Shown here: positions 58,080 to 64,000 of the stretch, piece by piece | Numbering within the stretch: position 1 is the stretch's first letter | Layout: every line of letters begins with the position of its first letter | Assembly (NCBI GenBank): GCA_964600575.1 | Contig: CAZRJH010000002.1 | Location: 53,627-117,626, forward strand | Length of the DNA: 64,000 bases | Direction: 5' to 3' | Source: an uncultured Gammaproteobacteria bacterium | Lineage (GTDB): Bacteria > Patescibacteriota > Microgenomatia > UBA8517 | Position numbers and translations under genes: made by a program | Notes under the pieces: generated by a model | The model's database searches: none | What the model saw: the letters and a program-made list of their open reading frames with translations, nothing else | Told to the model about the DNA's origin: nothing

Positions 58080-59804
58080 CTATTGCTCTTGGGTATCACC
58101 CGTTAGCGGACTGACAGGTTCTTCTTCTTTTGGCATTCCGGGCAAAATTCTCTGAACTAGGAATTTTTTGACAAGATTTAGAAAATATTTGGTTTCTTCC
58201 ACTCTTAGAAGCAAGGATGTTCCTATATAAACCAATGCCCCCGCCACAAAAGTTAGAAGTGTTAGAACCGTCAAATTAACCGTATACCGTGTATCTAGAA
58301 CAAATCTTTCAAAAGGAAATGTTGAGGTTACATCTATTCCGCTCAAAAAAGAAAGTCGTTTGATCCAAACCGACTTATCAAAAATCCTAATCAAGAAGTA
58401 CATCACCCCTCCGGATATTAAAGCACTCGACATTATTTTAGCTAAATGCAAAAAGAAACTTCTGGTTAGGATAAGGCCAATTCTTTTATTAATTAAAACT
58501 AAAAGTATTATTGATTCGACTATCGTACTAAAAGAAAAGGCTGCCGCAAGCCCCCAAACGGGTAGTCCTATACCTTTTATTAAGAAGATATCCCCGACGA
58601 TCAAAAGCCCCAATCCTAAAAATGATATTTTAACCGGTGTTTTTGTGTCGTGGAGGGCAAAAAAAGCTCTTGCCAAAATTGACATTAGAGTTTGAGAAGC
58701 AACCCCCATTGCGTACACAGAAAGCACCACGCCCGTTTGAACTGTTGCTTCCCAGTCAAAAATTTTCGTTCCGTAAACCAACCTAACAATTGGAATCCTT
58801 AAAGTGATTAAGGCAGCGCTGATTGGGAGCGTAAAAAAAAGTGCTTGGTAAATGGCAGTTGTCAAAACTCTCCTAAACTCTTTTGTATCGCCGTCCACTC
58901 TGGACAAAAGAGGTAAAACCGCCTTGGCCAGAGAGGTTCCAAAAAGTGTAACCGGTAAAAGTTGGAGAGTGTTTGCAAATATATAATAGGTGTAAGAAGC
59001 CTGAGAAATTATTGAAGATAAGAAAAGTTCAGTAGTCTTACCAATCTGATCAAAGGCTAAATCGATAACTCTAGGGAGGGCAAGCTGAGAAACTTTTACC
59101 ACCCCTTCGTCCTTTTTAAAGTCCCAAACAAAGCGGAATCCAAGTTTCCTCGACAAAGGGTATTGAATCAAAAAGTGGGCAAGGGCTCCTATAACTACAC
59201 CGATAGCAGGGGCTTCGAGTCCAAAATATGGCTTTAGAAAAACAGTACCTAAAATTATTCCCAAATTGTAAAAGAGAGGAGCCAACGCAGGTACCAGAAA
59301 ACGCCTTAAAGACTCCAAAACACCGGTAAGAACATAGCTTATTACAAAAAACCCTTGTGCGGCGAAAAGAATCCTGGCCAAAATCGATATTTGCGAAATC
59401 TCAGAACTGTCAAAACCGGGAGCTATAAAAGTATAAATTTGTGGAGCCCATATTCCCAAAATCGTAGCCAATACTAAAAACAGCGAAAGCCCTATTGTTA
59501 CAACTCTACCTGCAATCTCCCAGGCACGTCTGGGTCCATCTTTTAGGGCTTTTGTGAAAACAGGAATGAATGCGCTGGAAAAAGTACCAAAAACCAAGAC
59601 TTCAAAGATAGTATCCGGCAATCTAAATGCGGCAAAAAACAGCGATAAATCTTCAGGAGTAAAAAAATTAGCCAAAACTCTCTGTCTAACAAGGCCCAAA
59701 AGGCGCGAGGCGACTATCATAATCATTATCAAGGAGGCGGCAGAAAGAACATTATTCTGCTGGGAGTTCAGAATTTTTTTTCCTTTAGCAATGAGGTCGT
59801 TCAT
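58080..59804 (-). CDS. murJ: Lipid II flippase MurJ
   Basis: SRLLGLVR; AAFRLPD; SAFIPVF; RAFFALHDTKTP. Confidence 0.96.
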   Translation of the reverse strand: MNDLIAKGKKILNSQQNNVLSAASLIMIMIVASRLLGLVRQRVLANFFTPEDLSLFFAAFRLPDTIFEVLVFGTFSSAFIPVFTKALKDGPRRAWEIAGRVVTIGLSLFLVLATILGIWAPQIYTFIAPGFDSSEISQISILARILFAAQGFFVISYVLTGVLESLRRFLVPALAPLFYNLGIILGTVFLKPYFGLEAPAIGVVIGALAHFLIQYPLSRKLGFRFVWDFKKDEGVVKVSQLALPRVIDLAFDQIGKTTELFLSSIISQASYTYYIFANTLQLLPVTLFGTSLAKAVLPLLSRVDGDTKEFRRVLTTAIYQALFFTLPISAALITLRIPIVRLVYGTKIFDWEATVQTGVVLSVYAMGVASQTLMSILARAFFALHDTKTPVKISFLGLGLLIVGDIFLIKGIGLPVWGLAAAFSFSTIVESIILLVLINKRIGLILTRSFFLHLAKIMSSALISGGVMYFLIRIFDKSVWIKRLSFLSGIDVTSTFPFERFVLDTRYTVNLTVLTLLTFVAGALVYIGTSLLLRVEETKYFLNLVKKFLVQRILPGMPKEEEPVSPLTGDTQEQ

Positions 59805-59900
59805 TTATTGTAAACTATAGTATTTTAATATCAGGCCTTTTCCCTGTTCCAGCATTGATATTTTAGCTTCTTTAGCTTATACTCACAATCGTAAAATAAT

Positions 59901-60197
59901 ATGCCGGTAACAAAAACAGCCAGAAGAGCCTTAAGGGGTTCTAAAAATAAAGCGTCAGTAAACAAAGCAATAATCAACAGACTTGAGGTGGCTATTCGCA
60001 TGGCTAAAACCTCAAAGACCGTTCAAAAGGTTGTTGCTGCAGTTTCGTTGGCAGACAGAGCGGCAAAAAAGAGAGTAATTCATAAAAATAAAGCCTCCAG
60101 AATTAAGTCACAACTCTCAAAAATAGTTGACGGCAAAAAAACAGAAAAGTCTGTAGCTAAAACTTCTTCAAAAACCAAAGCAAAAAAAGCAAAATAA
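59901..60197 (+). CDS. rpsT: 30S ribosomal protein S20
   Basis: MPVTKTARRALR; DRAAKKRVIHKNKASRIKSQL. Confidence 0.96.
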   Translation: MPVTKTARRALRGSKNKASVNKAIINRLEVAIRMAKTSKTVQKVVAAVSLADRAAKKRVIHKNKASRIKSQLSKIVDGKKTEKSVAKTSSKTKAKKAK

Positions 60198-60319
60198 ATC
60201 TTCTTTTTTAGACAGTTAATATCATTTCACCTCGACATTTCATATGCTATATTGAAGTGTGAGTTATTGTATTCAGACTCAAGCTAAGTGTTTTGAGTCT
60301 AGGTTACGTTTAAATAAAT

Positions 60320-60853
60320 ATGCCCAAAAGTAAACAAATAAATCTTATCCCTACAGAGGAATTCGAGTCTTCAATAGTAGGGCGTGTTCTCAAATGGGCA
60401 ATGTCCACTTTTAGAATAATAGTTATTATTACCGAGATGGTTGTTATGGGAGCATTCTTATCCAGATTTTGGTTAGACGCACAAAATTCCGATCTTTCAG
60501 AAACAGTAAAAATCAGAACTGCACAGATTGAATCACAAAAAGATACGGAAGATACATTCCGAGATATACAAAACAAATTAAATGTTTTTAAAACTATAGC
60601 TACAGCTCCCAAACCTACTTCTAAAATCGAACTCATATCGTCCCAGGTGCCGCAAGATGTATTTCTTACAAACGTATCTATTTTGGACGACACAGCGTCT
60701 ATTAAAGGGAAGTCAAATTCGGAGGTAGGAATCGCACAATTTATAGCAAATCTTAAAACTGAAAAGACATTCAAAAAGGTGGGCTTAGGATCGGTAAACT
60801 CGGCTGAAGATAACGCGAATATTACGGTTTTTAATATAAAAATATCATTCTAA
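60320..60853 (+). CDS. PilN-like type IV pilus alignment protein
   Basis: INLIP motif, TM, coiled coil, then P.DVFL..., IKG..., F.NL ferredoxin-like pattern. Confidence 0.8.
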   Translation: MPKSKQINLIPTEEFESSIVGRVLKWAMSTFRIIVIITEMVVMGAFLSRFWLDAQNSDLSETVKIRTAQIESQKDTEDTFRDIQNKLNVFKTIATAPKPTSKIELISSQVPQDVFLTNVSILDDTASIKGKSNSEVGIAQFIANLKTEKTFKKVGLGSVNSAEDNANITVFNIKISF

Positions 60854-60857
60854 CAAT

Positions 60858-61517
60858 ATGGCACTAGGCTGGAGAGGATCATACGTAAGATACAGAAGTT
60901 TCTTTTTGAATATTTTTGAACTATACAAAAAGAAAGCTGATTTGAGAGCGTTTCTGGAAGTAATGCTATCTCTTACTACCGTAATTGTTTTTATTTCGTT
61001 TGCTCTAAAACCCACAGTTTTAACTATAATAAGTCTTACAAAAGAAATAGCGGAAAAGAAAAAAATAGTAGCGGATTTGACACTTAAAGTTAACAACTTG
61101 GAAGTTGCTAGTAATCTTCTCAACCAGAATGCCGATGTTATTCCGGATATTAACATCGCAGTTTCAACAAAACCCAGTCCTGATGTAATTTCTAAACAAA
61201 TTCAGGGGGTAGCCGCAAGAAATTCTGTTTCTCTTTTAGGGCTCTCGGTAGGACAAGTAACACTCGCTGGAAAAGAAACAGCGGCCACCAAAAAAAATCC
61301 CGACTTAAAACCCATGGGCTCTAGCGGTGAAATGCCTATATCGATCAGCATAAAAGGAAACTTTGCTTCGATAATGGCTTTTGCTAAAAACATTGAAGAA
61401 TCAAGGGTGGCTGTTAAGATTGATTCGCTCGGAATAAACTCATCAAGCACAGAGGTGGGGCAAGTTATGGTTGCAGTAGTATCAGGAAGAGTGCCTTTTA
61501 CATCACAAACTAAATGA
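60858..61517 (+). CDS. PilO-like protein
   Basis: TM, coiled coil, ISISIKGNFASIMAFAKNIEESR. Confidence 0.75.
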   Translation: MALGWRGSYVRYRSFFLNIFELYKKKADLRAFLEVMLSLTTVIVFISFALKPTVLTIISLTKEIAEKKKIVADLTLKVNNLEVASNLLNQNADVIPDINIAVSTKPSPDVISKQIQGVAARNSVSLLGLSVGQVTLAGKETAATKKNPDLKPMGSSGEMPISISIKGNFASIMAFAKNIEESRVAVKIDSLGINSSSTEVGQVMVAVVSGRVPFTSQTK

Positions 61518-61858
61518 AAAAAATTAAATTACCAAATGCTGTTGCGATACTTGTTCTAACATTAATTACGGTAGTTATGTGGGTTTCGTTTAGTATCTAT
61601 AATGCCTTTGATAAAAAGCCCAGCTTTCAAGTCCCGAGTGAAGTTTCTAAACCGCTTACACCTACGCTTGATATAGAAACAATAAACTTAATTGAGTCTA
61701 GAGATTTTGTAGACGATTCACAAATACCACAAAACATAGTTACAGGGCCCATTCCTTTGGGTGGTAGTGAAAAATCTGTCGCAACCCCCGTACCCGAAAC
61801 AACAACTCTACCACCAGAAGGATCTGCCCCAGATACGGGAGGAGCAACCGTTCCTTAA
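61514..61858 (+). CDS. Small bitopic membrane protein (PilP position)
   Basis: N-terminal TM; PLTPTLD; Pro/Thr-rich tail; overlaps the pilO-like stop. Confidence 0.7.
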   Translation: MKKIKLPNAVAILVLTLITVVMWVSFSIYNAFDKKPSFQVPSEVSKPLTPTLDIETINLIESRDFVDDSQIPQNIVTGPIPLGGSEKSVATPVPETTTLPPEGSAPDTGGATVP

Positions 61859-61863
61859 GAAAC

Positions 61864-63204
61864 ATGATTAAGCAAAAAAACATTCCAACACTTTTAGGTA
61901 TAGCTATGCTGGTTGTTGGTACTTTTGCAGGGGTGTTTTTCTTGGGAATGAAGCAAGTATTTAGAATTGGGGCTGATACCTCGGTACAACCTACTGACAT
62001 TAGAGTAAGTAACGTTACCGATAATTCAACAACTGTCTCCTGGACGACAGACAAACCAAGTGCGGATTTTTTAATTTGGGGAGAGTCTGAGGGTTCTGCA
62101 AGCAGGATCGAAAAAGAAGGTGACGGAGTGCAGAAATATTCTACACATTCGATAACATTGTCGGGATTAAAACCTAATACCAAATACTTTTATAAAATTA
62201 ATTCGGACGGAGAAACTTTTGACAACAAAGGTATACCGTGGGAATTTTCAACAGGAAATTCGCTTTCTATAACAGGAAACAGCTCTTTGATTTCAGGTTC
62301 TATCCTAACCGCATCTGGCACCCCTGTGTCTCGAGCTTTGGTCTATGCAAACATAAACGGCTATCTTTTATCCACCATGACTTCGGATACTGGGGTCTTC
62401 GTTTTTCAATTATCAGCCGCAAGAAATCAAGATTTAAGCGATTATCAACAAATAAACGATGGCCAAACACTCGTCCAAATTTCGGTAGTAGCAGGACTTG
62501 ACGGAAACTCATCGGCACAAATCTTTCCTCAGTCTGCAAAACCCATGCCCCCCATTATTTTGAATCAAGTTTATGACTTTAGAAATTTGCCGCCTTCTCC
62601 TGACTCTCAAAATCCCTCTGCAATAATAAATTTACCAGGAAACAACACCAGAGAATCTAAATTTTCTCTACCTGTGGTTACTGGAACACCAACCCCAACG
62701 AGCGTCATTTTAGAAAGCCTTAAAGAGGGCGAAATAGTAACGAGCGACAAACCAGCTTTTTTTGGCAGAGGCCCGGGCGGCGAAAAAATAACCATTACCG
62801 TGCAATCAAATACAATAACCGACACGATAACAATTGAGAGCAACGGCACTTGGACATGGTCTCCTCCTTCTAACCTTGAATCGGGTGCGCATTCTATTAC
62901 TATTTCTTGGATAGACGGAAGCGGTATAACGAGGAATCTAACCAGATCGTTTGTTGTTCAAGCGGGAGAAGTTCCGTCGTTCGAAGCTACACCATCTCAA
63001 ACACTTGAGCCGTCGACAACACCTACACCAAGTGGAACTCCCGCGGCAACACCAATACCCACACCCACCCCAGTACCGACCCCGATAGCAACACCTGCTC
63101 CTGTTCCTGTGACAGGAAGCCTTCTACCTACTATATTAATGTTTGCACTTGGAACTCTAATAACAATTTTTGGACTAACTGTCTGGAGATATTCTGATAA
63201 TTGA
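61864..63204 (+). CDS. Surface protein with FN3-like and Ig-like domains, PT linker and VPVTG sorting signal
   Basis: VSWTTDKP...H.ITLSGLKPNTKYFYKI (FN3); P.FFG.G...NGTWTW.PP..L..G.H.ITI (Ig-like); TPTP repeats; VPVTG followed by a TM. Confidence 0.85.
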   Translation: MIKQKNIPTLLGIAMLVVGTFAGVFFLGMKQVFRIGADTSVQPTDIRVSNVTDNSTTVSWTTDKPSADFLIWGESEGSASRIEKEGDGVQKYSTHSITLSGLKPNTKYFYKINSDGETFDNKGIPWEFSTGNSLSITGNSSLISGSILTASGTPVSRALVYANINGYLLSTMTSDTGVFVFQLSAARNQDLSDYQQINDGQTLVQISVVAGLDGNSSAQIFPQSAKPMPPIILNQVYDFRNLPPSPDSQNPSAIINLPGNNTRESKFSLPVVTGTPTPTSVILESLKEGEIVTSDKPAFFGRGPGGEKITITVQSNTITDTITIESNGTWTWSPPSNLESGAHSITISWIDGSGITRNLTRSFVVQAGEVPSFEATPSQTLEPSTTPTPSGTPAATPIPTPTPVPTPIATPAPVPVTGSLLPTILMFALGTLITIFGLTVWRYSDN

Positions 63205-63288
63205 ATATAAACAACTTGTAGATTTTTTATTTTCATACCATTAGAATGAATTTGTGTATTATTTGTTGTAGTATGTTATTAAAACAAA

Positions 63289-64000
63289 ATGCCTGACCCA
63301 AATCAAAATAATAATCAAAATAGTTCAGGGGTAAACCCTCCTTTACCTTTTGGTGACACACCACCACTCCCTCCAGATTTTCAGAACGCCGAACAAGCAT
63401 CGGCTCAACCCGCCCCTCAGGTTTCTCAGAGTAGTACTCCGGCTATAACGGCACCCGCGGCGGACGTCTCTGCACCGCAGCAAACTAATAGCGGGTCTGC
63501 AGCACCCAACGATTTACCACCCTTAGTTACACCTCCAAAAAAGAAATTCGGCGGAGGCAGAATCATTGCAACTATATTGGGTTTATTTCTTTTAGTCGGC
63601 GGCATAGGAGCAGGTATAGTTTTAACCAGCCAACAACAACTTTTCGAGCAAAAAGCAAGTACGGGTGTAACGTACTGTACACCGGAGAATGCAGTTAACG
63701 GATACTGCACTCCTCCACCTAATGGTGGAAGAGGCTGCCTTGATACAGGCTGTAGTTCTACCCAATACTGTCACTGCCAAGGCGGTCAACCGTGTAATTA
63801 CGGTGTTTGTGTACCAAAAGATTATTTCGAAACAGCATGTAGGGGTGATGGGAGAGAAGTATGTAACAACTCCGAAAACCCACAAGCAAAAACATGTTGT
63901 GCGGCAGGGTATGTTTGTGGAGGTTCTGGAGGGTGTGTGCCTGGCAATCGTTCGAATCCACCAGGAAGCGGTACACCTCGCCCAACAGGAACACCTCCCA
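63289..64000 (+). CDS. Cys-rich membrane-anchored surface protein (partial, runs off the right edge)
   Basis: Open frame MPDPNQNNNQ... with a P/Q-rich region, KKKFGGGR, TM, SQQQLFEQKA, then a densely Cys-rich region. Confidence 0.85.
   Translation, partial: MPDPNQNNNQNSSGVNPPLPFGDTPPLPPDFQNAEQASAQPAPQVSQSSTPAITAPAADVSAPQQTNSGSAAPNDLPPLVTPPKKKFGGGRIIATILGLFLLVGGIGAGIVLTSQQQLFEQKASTGVTYCTPENAVNGYCTPPPNGGRGCLDTGCSSTQYCHCQGGQPCNYGVCVPKDYFETACRGDGREVCNNSENPQAKTCCAAGYVCGGSGGCVPGNRSNPPGSGTPRPTGTPP

Overview
Core-genome window from a low-GC bacterium, most likely Patescibacteria/CPR of the Microgenomates type. This is inferred from the absence of rpmD/L30 between rpsE and rplO, short IF2, AlaRS and HrcA, no rimP or rbfA around nusA-infB, and almost no Shine-Dalgarno sequences. 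It carries the rpoBC-str-S10-spc cluster (to a partial secY), an alaS-sortase-ruvX-mltG cluster, ftsK, rnj, pnp-rpsO, nusA-infB, hrcA-grpE-dnaK...dnaJ with two CIRCE elements, murJ, rpsT and a PilN/PilO-like surface-protein cluster. No rRNA, tRNA, CRISPR array, transposase or integrase was seen. The best leads are: (1) an EF-G with rewired guanine-specificity motifs (NKLN and GGDNR); (2) a degenerate FtsA-like/TM/baseplate-J-like fusion next to a sortase; (3) a shared post-TM 'Q-x(4-7)-[K/G]A' motif and a VPVTG sorting signal on surface proteins; (4) a stand-alone Lon AAA+ module with no protease domain; (5) an Fe-S-less family-4 UDG; (6) accessory genes wedged into core operons, either leaderless or as SD-plus-terminator cassettes, including a TIR-like gene after rplO; (7) terminator-containing leaders before rplC, tuf, fusA and nusA. 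All calls come from reading motifs by eye; no database searches were run.
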